Shown: piece after piece, positions 56,440 through 64,000 of the stretch | Numbering within the stretch: the first letter of the stretch is position 1 | Layout of the letters: each line of letters starts with the position of its first letter | Assembly (NCBI GenBank): GCA_964437755.1 | Contig: CAYTIA010000003.1 | Coordinates: forward strand, 7,641 to 71,640 | DNA length: 64,000 nt | Direction of reading: 5' to 3' | DNA from: an uncultured Pseudomonadales bacterium | GTDB lineage: Bacteria > Patescibacteriota > Microgenomatia > UBA1400 > PJMF01 | Position numbers and translations under genes: made by a program | The notes under the pieces: model-generated | Database searches by the model: none | What the model saw: only the letters and a program-made list of their open reading frames with translations | Told to the model about the DNA's origin: nothing

Positions 56440-59400
56440 TTAATTTTGAGCAAATTTTATTGCAATAAACCCAGATCCCATGTCGCTAGTTACCACAATC
56501 TGATTCTCATTAACCTCAACTAATGGAGAGATTAGTTCTGATCTTAGTTTTTCGGAATGATTGACGCTGATTGAAGATAATCTATTCTTAACACCAGGCT
56601 GAGGTTGCTCAAAATAGAAATATGAGCCACCCTTTTTAACGACGTGAGGAGTAGAGTAGAGTAGAGTAACGGTTTTTTCCGATCCTGCTGGAATATCCAC
56701 CAACATTCCCACAACAGTTCGTCCATGTTGTTGATATAATTTTATAAATTCTCTAGGTACTTCTCCTCCATCAATTAGTATCTTTTCTAGAACGGCTGAT
56801 TTATTAATATAAAACCTAATATATGTCTTGTAGTTCCCAAGCGGCCAAACATTTGAGTGAGATTTATTATTATATTTAATCTGTCTTTCATGAAATACCC
56901 CCTGGTCTTTAATATTTATTGTGTGATTAATTTGACTGGTTACATACTGATTAACTTTATTGACACCGACATTTGCTTCAACTTGATAAAGATAATCTGT
57001 TTCACAATTATCACTAAATCTAGTGGGGCAGCTTGGTTCTAGTATTGAGCCGGTCCAGCCAAGTTTATTTATAGAACTATTGAGAAGAGAGCTTGAAAAA
57101 TATAAGCCTGTTTGTTGATTTTTTAATGATTCATAGAACACATCTTGAACCTTTATTATTTCATCGTCTGACGCATTTTTTATCTTATTTAAAACTGCGT
57201 CTAAAATAGCTGTGTGAAAACTTTTTTCTAGATTATATTCTTTTTCTTCATGAGCCTTTTGTTCTAACCTAGAAAATAAATTTGAAGAAGTAATGGTTTC
57301 GCCATACTCTTCAAGATGTATTTCTCCAAAAATAATTAATAATTCTCTGATTATGTCGTAATTAATTGTTATTATTCCATCAATAGGTTGATTAATTGAC
57401 TCTTTAAGAAACCAGGAAATTTGAGAGGCTGATGTACTTAAATCTGGATCCCAGTTAGCATCCCTAAGATGTAGTCTGGGTTCTCCCAAATATTCTTCTA
57501 CTTCTGGTATAGATGCTATGTCACCAAGAACTTTTGAGTCTAACCATCCTGTTGTATATATTTGTTGATCCACCAATCTTCCTTCCTCGAGAGTTAATGC
57601 TGCAATAGCTTGAATAAAGCCACCAGTTGGTCTAAGCTCCTGGTTATCTTGGAGAAGAATATAGTATTTTTTTCTATCATTTACTGCCAGTAGATCTGGT
57701 AATAGCGAGCCCAGCTGTGTACTTGATTGCAATTTGTTATTAATTATTCTTAAGTTTTCTATTTGTTGTTCTGTGCCTGCCTGGATTTGTGTGTCCAAGC
57801 TTTGCAGGTTAATATTTTTAATTTCAGCCTGAAAAACCAATATTTGCTCCGATAATCTTTCAACCATCTCTTGGTAATCGTTTAACAGTTGGAAGTAGTC
57901 TCCCTTTTGCAAAAGTTTTCCCTCACCCTGTGGGTTGATACTAAAAATTTGTCTATATATATTTATTGATTGAAGGTTTAAAGCCTTAGACAGAGTGGAG
58001 GTTTGTGCAAGCAGGTGATTTAATTCAGATAAGTCTCTACTTTTGTCTATTAATTGAATATCAAAAAATTTATCCAAGAAATTTGCCTGCCAATCAAGTG
58101 TTGAAATATTTGATACATCATCATATTCTTTATTATTAAAAGCCAATAAATTTTGATTTGTTAGACGCTGAGCTCTATGATAATTTATGGCCAAACCCAT
58201 TATTGAAAATGCAATCACCACTCCAAAAATAAAAACAATTAAGCCAATAAAAAAAATGGCTTGTTTGTTTTTGCTTTTTTTCTTAATTCTAGAGATTATA
58301 TTTACCTTTTCCGATCGGCGAGTGGTTTTTTGTTCAGCTCTTTTTTGAGAAAAGAGTTTACTTATTTGATTATCTGAAATATTTTCTTTTATTTTAGGGT
58401 TTTGATTATTTTTTAGTAATTTCTTTTTATTTTCTTTAATTGATATATCATAATTTTTTATGGTTTCTTGCGCATTTGTTTTTTCCAAAACTTGACTTTT
58501 ATTTAAATAGTCTTGAGAAATGTTTGCTCCTATTGGTTCAAATTTAAAATCTGCCCCAGAGCTTTTAAATGGCTTTGATAGCTGAGTTTGAAAAGAGTGG
58601 GAAGTTTTCTTTATTTCTACTATTTTTTGGGGGTTTATTCCAAGTTTCTCTATGTTTATGTTTTCTGTTAAGTGTAAAGCAATTTTTTCAATGTCTGAAG
58701 GAACTGTCACTTCAATAAGTTTCTCGCACCCAACAAACCTTGAGTCTGATAAAGATACTGTTTCGAGATCAAGGTTTACTAAATCTTTACCATATATTTC
58801 TTTATATTTTAGCCCCACCTTTAATAACAACTCCTCTGAACTTACATAAGACCCCCTCACCAAATAGCTGCTTGTGTCTGGATTAATCAACTCTTTTGCA
58901 ATCGTTTTAAAATAGTCAGCCTCTTCAATGGGAGAAAGTTCTGTTTGAGGATCTAATAAATATCCGTTTGGGATTGCTTGGAAAAGTGTCTGATAAGGCT
59001 GAGTAAAAGAATTGTTTTCTACAATTACATCTTGTCCTATTAATACTTTTGATTTTTGAAACTCGTTAATTGTCTTATTAATAAAACAGTCCTCATGTTC
59101 CAGTTGTTTTTTCCATACACTTAAACTGTCTTCATTCGTGTTAATTCTTGATGAGATTCTAACAACAAAAATTATTGGTATATCAATTTTTTTTAAATAA
59201 TTTAGTAACTCAATATTTTCTTGTATTCCACAATCAAACTGTTGCTCAAAATTAGCAACTACAATTATTTTAAAAAACTGGTTTTGTTGTAAGAGTGAAT
59301 TAATAAAGTTACTACTATTCAGATGAAAAAGGGGAGTGGTTACAACAGCAATTTGTTTAGTATATAAATACTCGACAATTCTTCTGGATAAAGAGGATTC

Positions 59401-59460
59401 CTGAGCTACTAAAAGTATTTTTAATTCTTGATCAAATGATTCAACTTGAAGGACAGACAT
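56440..59460 (-). CDS. Large bitopic membrane protein with DUF4012-like extracytoplasmic domain (hypothetical)
   Basis: About 400-aa cytoplasmic N-domain, one TM 'AIFFIGLIVFIFGVVIAFSIMGLAI', then an about 580-aa outside domain containing 'LLQDNQELRPTGGFIQAIA' (recalled DUF4012 signature). Confidence 0.4.
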   Translation of the reverse strand: MSVLQVESFDQELKILLVAQESSLSRRIVEYLYTKQIAVVTTPLFHLNSSNFINSLLQQNQFFKIIVVANFEQQFDCGIQENIELLNYLKKIDIPIIFVVRISSRINTNEDSLSVWKKQLEHEDCFINKTINEFQKSKVLIGQDVIVENNSFTQPYQTLFQAIPNGYLLDPQTELSPIEEADYFKTIAKELINPDTSSYLVRGSYVSSEELLLKVGLKYKEIYGKDLVNLDLETVSLSDSRFVGCEKLIEVTVPSDIEKIALHLTENINIEKLGINPQKIVEIKKTSHSFQTQLSKPFKSSGADFKFEPIGANISQDYLNKSQVLEKTNAQETIKNYDISIKENKKKLLKNNQNPKIKENISDNQISKLFSQKRAEQKTTRRSEKVNIISRIKKKSKNKQAIFFIGLIVFIFGVVIAFSIMGLAINYHRAQRLTNQNLLAFNNKEYDDVSNISTLDWQANFLDKFFDIQLIDKSRDLSELNHLLAQTSTLSKALNLQSINIYRQIFSINPQGEGKLLQKGDYFQLLNDYQEMVERLSEQILVFQAEIKNINLQSLDTQIQAGTEQQIENLRIINNKLQSSTQLGSLLPDLLAVNDRKKYYILLQDNQELRPTGGFIQAIAALTLEEGRLVDQQIYTTGWLDSKVLGDIASIPEVEEYLGEPRLHLRDANWDPDLSTSASQISWFLKESINQPIDGIITINYDIIRELLIIFGEIHLEEYGETITSSNLFSRLEQKAHEEKEYNLEKSFHTAILDAVLNKIKNASDDEIIKVQDVFYESLKNQQTGLYFSSSLLNSSINKLGWTGSILEPSCPTRFSDNCETDYLYQVEANVGVNKVNQYVTSQINHTINIKDQGVFHERQIKYNNKSHSNVWPLGNYKTYIRFYINKSAVLEKILIDGGEVPREFIKLYQQHGRTVVGMLVDIPAGSEKTVTLLYSTPHVVKKGGSYFYFEQPQPGVKNRLSSISVNHSEKLRSELISPLVEVNENQIVVTSDMGSGFIAIKFAQN

Positions 59461-59508
59461 GAAACAATAATAACCTATCCATAAATACTAGTCGACAGCA
59501 GGAACTCA

Positions 59509-59958
59509 CTAACTATCTGATGCTAAATCAATAGCTTGATTGGCCAATCTATCTGCCTCTTGATTCAAATCTCTCTCTACATGAACAAACTTAGTCTGAA
59601 TCCCCATCTCTTGAATTTGTTTTTTACACTTAGTTGCCAAACCCATCATTCTTTCGTCCTTAATTTTCCAGCGATCTGACATTTGTTCAACAACAAGCTT
59701 TGAGTCTAAATAAAATATTACTTGTGAGCTTGCTATTTGCTCAGTGCTCAGTTTTTTATTAATTAGTTGATGAAGATGACGAGTCGCCAGCAAAAGAGCT
59801 AAATATTCAGCTTCATTGTTTGTTTTTTTTCCTAAAAATACTGAAAGGGAGTGAGTGTTGGAAAAAAGATTAATTAAAACTCCCGCTCCTGCTAAACCAG
59901 GATTTCCTCTGGAAGCTCCATCTGTAAAAACCTCAATAAGATTACTATTTTCGATCAT
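59509..59958 (-). CDS. rnhA: Ribonuclease HI
   Basis: 'IEVFTDGASRGNPGLAGAGVLI', 'NNEAEYLALL' and a 'LDSKLVVEQM' DEDD catalytic residue context. Confidence 0.8.
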   Translation of the reverse strand: MIENSNLIEVFTDGASRGNPGLAGAGVLINLFSNTHSLSVFLGKKTNNEAEYLALLLATRHLHQLINKKLSTEQIASSQVIFYLDSKLVVEQMSDRWKIKDERMMGLATKCKKQIQEMGIQTKFVHVERDLNQEADRLANQAIDLASDS

Positions 59959-59980
59959 ATATACAATCTATTAAAATCCA

Positions 59981-60466
59981 TTAACTATTCTCTTCGTTTT
60001 CCGGAAGATCTTCTTTTAAACAAATTGTTAAATATCGATGTGGACCCACCGAGGTAGAGTAAGATCCCACTTTTTCAAACTCTTTATTTTCTGCAATGGC
60101 TGAATGAATTAAATATCTTTCGTAAGAGTTAAGATCATATAGGGTTTGTGGTTGACCTGTTTCTGCAACGGTATTAACAACCTCAATTGCCTGATCAATT
60201 AATAATTGCTCTTTTTCTTTTAAATAGTTATTAATATCAAAAACCAGTCTTTTTCCTTCAAGTTCTTCAAAAAAGGTTGTATTAAGAATTGATCGTATTG
60301 CTCTCAATCCCTGTCCCCTGGAGCCAATAAATAAGCTTTCTTTTTCTTTAGGAATATTTAAAAGAATCTCTACTCGAGACTCTCCTTCATCGCTTTTAAC
60401 TTCAATTTCATCTTCTTCCAAACCCATAAAATAACAAAGTTTAATTAAATATTCTTGTATTGTCAT
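59981..60466 (-). CDS. jag: Jag/KH-R3H domain RNA-binding protein
   Basis: R3H region 'LYDLNSYERYLIHSAIAE'. Located downstream of yidC, as in the conserved rpmH-rnpA-yidC-jag cluster. Confidence 0.7.
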   Translation of the reverse strand: MTIQEYLIKLCYFMGLEEDEIEVKSDEGESRVEILLNIPKEKESLFIGSRGQGLRAIRSILNTTFFEELEGKRLVFDINNYLKEKEQLLIDQAIEVVNTVAETGQPQTLYDLNSYERYLIHSAIAENKEFEKVGSYSTSVGPHRYLTICLKEDLPENEENS

Positions 60467-61245
60467 TTTTTTGCTTTCTTTAATGATTTATTATGATTAA
60501 TTCTTAATAGCAACAAACCTCTCTCCCAATAGGTTTTCAATCCTCCGGGACCAGATACAACATACTGCTGGATAATTGCAAATATATTAGCGACAACCCA
60601 ATAAACTGCTAGTCCGGAAGGAAATCTTAATGCTATGAAAGCTGTCATAAAAGGCATCATGAAAATCATCTGTTTTTGCATGCTTCCAGCCATACTTGCC
60701 ATATCTTCCTCTTTTTTGTTTTCTTCTTGGATTTTTTTACTTTTTGATTTATTAGGAACAATATCTCTTACTTCACCACCTGGCGAAATCATTATTGACA
60801 TTACAAACTGAGACAATCCCGCCAATATTGGAAGGATGTAAATTGGATCTGGTTGAGTTAAGTCTAGCCATAAAAATGAGGTATTTATTTGAATTCCATC
60901 TATTGTTCCATTAACTAAAAAAGTGTTTAAAGATCTATATAGTCCCAATAAGATAATAATCATCAATATCTGGGGTAAACAACCCGATAGAGGATTAATA
61001 TTATATTTTTTATAAAGCTCAAGCTGAGCTTGTTGCAAGCCCTTTTGATCATTTTTGAATTTTTTCTTTAATTTATTCAGTTCGGGAGAAATATCTCTCA
61101 TTTTCTTTTGAGCTTTAATACTTGGTAAGGAAACAGGAAGAATTAAGCTTTTAATAATAACCGTCATCGCAATAATTGAAAAACCCAGGTTTCCCAGAAC
61201 TGAATATAAAGAGGTGAGTATTAAGGTAAAAAATTGTTCTAACAT
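60463..61245 (-). CDS. yidC: Membrane protein insertase YidC (short form)
   Basis: 'LYKKYNINPLSGCLPQILMIIILLGLYRS' YidC/Oxa1 signature, with 5 TM. Confidence 0.85.
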   Translation of the reverse strand: MLEQFFTLILTSLYSVLGNLGFSIIAMTVIIKSLILPVSLPSIKAQKKMRDISPELNKLKKKFKNDQKGLQQAQLELYKKYNINPLSGCLPQILMIIILLGLYRSLNTFLVNGTIDGIQINTSFLWLDLTQPDPIYILPILAGLSQFVMSIMISPGGEVRDIVPNKSKSKKIQEENKKEEDMASMAGSMQKQMIFMMPFMTAFIALRFPSGLAVYWVVANIFAIIQQYVVSGPGGLKTYWERGLLLLRINHNKSLKKAKK

Positions 61246-61305
61246 ATTCTTATTTTAGTTAATATATCAAAAACTCGGCTCATTTTTTTTAAATAAACTT
61301 ATTAA

Positions 61306-61509
61306 TCAGCTACCAAAACCAATACATAAAATAATTCTTTTTAATCCCATGAAAAGTCCGAGTAGTCCTTTCATTTTAATACTTTCAGCCATATAGACGC
61401 TGCAAGTAGGGGTATGTTTACATGGTGTAATAAACCCAAAATTAGCAACTAAAATTTGATCTTTGGCCTCCCTTAAGTAGTAATAGACTTTTTTAACGAG
61501 ATTATTCAT
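61306..61509 (-). CDS. yidD: Membrane protein insertion efficiency factor YidD
   Basis: 'CKHTPTCSVYMAESIKMKGLLGLFMGLKRIILC' matches the YidD 'C.F.PTCS.Y...A....G...G..L...RI.RC' pattern. Confidence 0.75.
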   Translation of the reverse strand: MNNLVKKVYYYLREAKDQILVANFGFITPCKHTPTCSVYMAESIKMKGLLGLFMGLKRIILCIGFGS

Positions 61510-61515
61510 TTATTA

Positions 61516-61863
61516 CTAAAAATTTTGTTTAAATAAAGAATTTAAAACTCCAGTTAGTTCTTCTTTAAAAAACTGTTTGTTTTCTCCAGTTGTTTTAAAG
61601 TCTTTCGTTGTAACAATTAACAGTTCTATTTTTTTGCTTAATATTTGGTGAGATTCTAAAACAGAATAGATAATTCTTTTTATTTTATTTCTTCTAGAAG
61701 CCTTTAAAACATTCTTTTTAGGAATAGACGTTCCAAACTTAAACAAGTTACTTAATGATTTTCTTGAGTAAGCAGCAAAGTGTTTTGTTTCAATCGCTCT
61801 ATGTCTAAAAATAAATCTGTCAGTAGGTTCACTTAAATTTAGTCTTTGACTCTTGGGGAGCAT
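61516..61863 (-). CDS. rnpA: Ribonuclease P protein component
   Basis: 'LPKSQRLNLS...FIFRHRAIETKHFAAY' with a basic 'RRNKIKRIIYSV' region. Follows rpmH. Confidence 0.8.
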   Translation of the reverse strand: MLPKSQRLNLSEPTDRFIFRHRAIETKHFAAYSRKSLSNLFKFGTSIPKKNVLKASRRNKIKRIIYSVLESHQILSKKIELLIVTTKDFKTTGENKQFFKEELTGVLNSLFKQNF

Positions 61864-61871
61864 TATCTAAA

Positions 61872-62033
61872 TTACTTATATCTTTTATTAATAGTCTTTG
61901 TTAGCTCTTTTCTTTGTTTATTTCTTCTCTTTTTTACTACTTTTAATCCTCCAATTTTATCTCTTACTCTTGCAAAAAAGCCGTGAGTTCTAATTCTTTT
62001 TCTTTTTTTAGGCTGATATGTTCTTTTTGTCAT
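61872..62033 (-). CDS. rpmH: 50S ribosomal protein L34
   Basis: '[23 protein letters not shown]' L34 signature. Start at the internal ATG (rc 62031-62033) of the track ORF. Confidence 0.8.
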   Translation of the reverse strand: MTKRTYQPKKRKRIRTHGFFARVRDKIGGLKVVKKRRNKQRKELTKTINKRYK

Positions 62034-62158
62034 ATGTGTTTTTTTTTTATAAAAAATTATCTTAGTAATCAAAAGAGGTTGAATTATAAGATACATTCAT
62101 ATATTTATCAATCACTCCTTATAATTTTAGATTTAGTATTTTAATTTAAAAAATATTT

Positions 62159-63334
62159 TTATTGATTAACTCTAAAAGGCATCACTATATATTTAAAACT
62201 ATCATTACCATTGATTAGGAACATTGCTGGTTTTAAGCTGTCATTTAATCTCATCTCAACAATCCCAGGCTTACAACTGTTTAAAAAATCTAAAATATAA
62301 TTTACATTAAAAGCAATCTGAAAAAAGTCGCTAGCATTTGCTAGCAAAGGCAGTTTTCCCACGTAGCTACCTTTTGACATAGAATTTGATTCTATCTCGA
62401 TGTTTGAATAATCTTGTTTTATTTCACTATTTTTGTCTGAAAGGGATTCATTTTTTACAACTACAATGTTTGAAGCTTCTTTGGCTAAAATAGCAGCTCT
62501 CTTTAATTCTTCCTGAAATCCTTCTCCATCAAAAGAGATGCTCATTAAGAAACTCTCAGGAACAATTTTTTCATAAGGAGGATACTCTCCCTCAACTAAT
62601 CTGACATAAACATCACTCTCACCAACCTCAAATCTTAGCTGTTTTAATTCTTCTTCAGCAAAAATTGTTATTTTCTCCACCTCAGACTGAAGAGCAATTT
62701 TATAAACCTCAGAAAAATACCTAGATGGAACCAATATTTCTTCTTCAGATTTTGATTCACTTACAACATTTGGTAGATCTAAAATAGCTAGCCTAAATCC
62801 ATCAGTAGCAACAGCTTTCAAACCTTTATTTGTTAATTTTATTAGTAGTGTAGTAAGAATTGGTCTAGCTTGATCAATCCCCGCGGCGAAACAAACAAAC
62901 TTATCAATTTTACTCATTGTATCTAGATCAAGAACCATTTTTTTAGAATCTATTTTAGGAAAATCTGGATAATCTTTTGGATCCTGAATTGGTATAAGAG
63001 CAGTGCTTCCATTTGAGTTGATCTTCATCTTTCCTTCTTCTATAACAATATCTAATGTTTCTGATTTTAATGAGTTAACTATGTCTTTAAACACATGTCC
63101 TGGTATAGCAGCATTTAATTCTTCTTTTGCTGAGGTAATAACTCTAGACTGAATTCCAAAATATAAATCTGTAGAACTAAGTAATAACTTTCCTTTTTCA
63201 AGTTTTAATAATACTGATGAAAGAATTGGTAATTGAGGATTGTTGGGAACAATCTTTTGAACAAATCTAAGAGCTTTTAACAAAGACTCTCTTTGAAGCT
63301 TAATTATTGTTAATTTACTATTTATAGACGGCAT
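62159..63334 (-). CDS. dnaN: DNA polymerase III subunit beta (sliding clamp)
   Basis: 'LKALRFVQKIVPNNPQLPILSSVLLKLEKGKLLLSSTDLYFGI' clamp N-terminus and three-domain length. Immediately downstream of dnaA. Confidence 0.85.
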   Translation of the reverse strand: MPSINSKLTIIKLQRESLLKALRFVQKIVPNNPQLPILSSVLLKLEKGKLLLSSTDLYFGIQSRVITSAKEELNAAIPGHVFKDIVNSLKSETLDIVIEEGKMKINSNGSTALIPIQDPKDYPDFPKIDSKKMVLDLDTMSKIDKFVCFAAGIDQARPILTTLLIKLTNKGLKAVATDGFRLAILDLPNVVSESKSEEEILVPSRYFSEVYKIALQSEVEKITIFAEEELKQLRFEVGESDVYVRLVEGEYPPYEKIVPESFLMSISFDGEGFQEELKRAAILAKEASNIVVVKNESLSDKNSEIKQDYSNIEIESNSMSKGSYVGKLPLLANASDFFQIAFNVNYILDFLNSCKPGIVEMRLNDSLKPAMFLINGNDSFKYIVMPFRVNQ

Positions 63335-63726
63335 TATTTTTTTTTATCTTAGTTGTATTTAGGAAACTTAATAGTTTATCTTATCACGATTAATATAATT
63401 TAAGAAAAATAAGAACTATAAAATTTTATTTATTTATTTCTTTATATAAATTTATATTAATAAAAAGTAATAGTAGTAATAGGCTGTGTGTAAATGTGAA
63501 TAAAAGTTATCTAATAGCCTTTAAAAATGTTAATTTTGAAGTTAATAAATGTAACTAAAATGTTAATATTTAAGTATATAAACTGTTAATACTAAAGTGG
63601 AAAAAATAAGTTGTTAACAATTATTATTTTTTCTTCACAATGTTTTCGATATGTTATTAACAAAGTTATTTACATACTTTTCCACAATTGTGAATAAATC
63701 ATTGTTTATTTTGTTAAAAATCTAAT
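63335..63726. other. Candidate chromosomal replication origin (oriC) between dnaA and dnaN
   Basis: 392-bp AT-rich non-coding gap holding DnaA-box-like 9-mers with 1-2 mismatches to TTATCCACA: TGTGAATAA 63494-63502, TTCTTCACA 63630-63638, TTTTCCACA 63677-63685, TGTGAATAA 63688-63696. An AT-only tract lies at about 63421-63470. Confidence 0.5.
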
Positions 63727-64000
63727 TTATTTTGATATAGCAAGTAATTCTTTTCTAAGCTCTTGATAATCATTAAGAATGAGTTCGTCGTTCTTTAAAG
63801 ACTCTTCAATTTTTTCTCTTGCATGCATTATTGATGTATGGTCTCTATTAGAAAACCACCTACCAATTTCAACATATGACATGTCTAAATCATTCTTTAG
63901 AATATACATAGCCATGTGTCTAGCTTCGATAATTTCTTTATTTCTTCTTTTACCCTTAATGGCTGCTTGATTAACTTGGTAATGTGAACAAACCTTTTTA
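63727..64000 (-). CDS. dnaA: Chromosomal replication initiator protein DnaA (C-terminal domain IV only; gene continues past the window end)
   Basis: 'KGKRRNKEIIEARHMAMYILKNDLDMSYVEIGRWFSNRDHTSIMHAREKIEE' matches the DnaA domain IV helix-turn-helix/signature. The frame stays open to position 64000. Confidence 0.85.
   Translation of the reverse strand, partial: KKVCSHYQVNQAAIKGKRRNKEIIEARHMAMYILKNDLDMSYVEIGRWFSNRDHTSIMHAREKIEESLKNDELILNDYQELRKELLAISK

Noticed and set aside
1-64000. Alternative genetic code (UGA=Gly code 25, or global UAG reassignment)
   Set aside because: Long ORFs such as the 1006-aa, 777-aa and 753-aa proteins and all housekeeping genes are intact and of normal length under the standard code. 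Only one gene (prs) shows an in-frame TAG.
1-64000. CRISPR array or diversity-generating retroelement near the variable surface-protein genes
   Set aside because: No short regularly spaced direct repeats were seen, and no reverse-transcriptase-like ORF. The repeats in the Cys-rich genes are in-frame coding repeats.

Overview
This 64-kb window looks like a compact, low-GC (about 30-35%) bacterial chromosome segment ending at the replication origin. Dense coding, tiny intergenic gaps and an architecture poor in biosynthesis genes are consistent with a small-genome, possibly CPR/Patescibacteria-like organism; that placement is inference only. The standard genetic code appears to be in use, because long ORFs stay intact across TGA.

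Layout of the window:
- 1-18.0 kb: a large glycan/cell-envelope biosynthesis locus. It holds two Wzy/O-antigen-ligase-like membrane proteins, about seven GT4 and three GT2 glycosyltransferases, a reversibly-glycosylated-polypeptide (UDP-arabinopyranose-mutase-like) homolog, a perfect 1.07-kb tandem GT4 gene duplication, and a Wzm/Wzt-type ABC exporter.
- 18.2-21.3 kb: two paralogous Cys-rich type-II membrane/surface proteins with Pro/Thr linkers, then a terminator and a tRNA with a UAU anticodon.
- 21.6-24.7 kb: a MacAB-like tripartite efflux system.
- about 25.0-26.3 kb: a prs gene broken by an in-frame TAG at a conserved Gln.
- 26.4-30.8 kb: a GT-C-like membrane protein and a VirB4/TraC-like FtsK-HerA ATPase.
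- 30.9-42.8 kb: GH3/NagZ, MFS, pth, GT2, ATP-dependent DNA ligase, Fic, NAD(P)HX dehydratase, recF, and an ECF sigma factor with a mini anti-sigma candidate.
- 43.0-46.1 kb: seven tandem VirB2/TrbC-like pilin paralogs. One of them (45174-45575) has its own sigma70-like promoter, a strong SD and a terminator.
- 46.1-52.7 kb: a near-complete MEP isoprenoid cluster (uppS, idi, ispH-dxr-ispD-ispF-ispE-ispG).
- 52.8-64.0 kb: valS, rplY, a 1006-aa DUF4012-like membrane protein, and a co-oriented origin cluster rnhA-jag-yidC-yidD-rnpA-rpmH-dnaN-(oriC candidate)-dnaA, with dnaA partial at the window edge.

The most interesting candidate system is the pilin array together with the VirB4-like ATPase and the ECF sigma factor, which may form a minimal T4SS/conjugative-pilus-like surface apparatus. 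The Cys-rich surface proteins and the RGP homolog sitting inside the glycan locus are the next most interesting.

Coordinates come from the supplied ORF track where one exists. Elements I located by hand (terminators, the tRNA, promoters, repeats, DnaA-box 9-mers, hand-corrected gene starts such as rpmH, pth, ispE and the 2168 start) were counted by eye and may be off by 1 nt in places.
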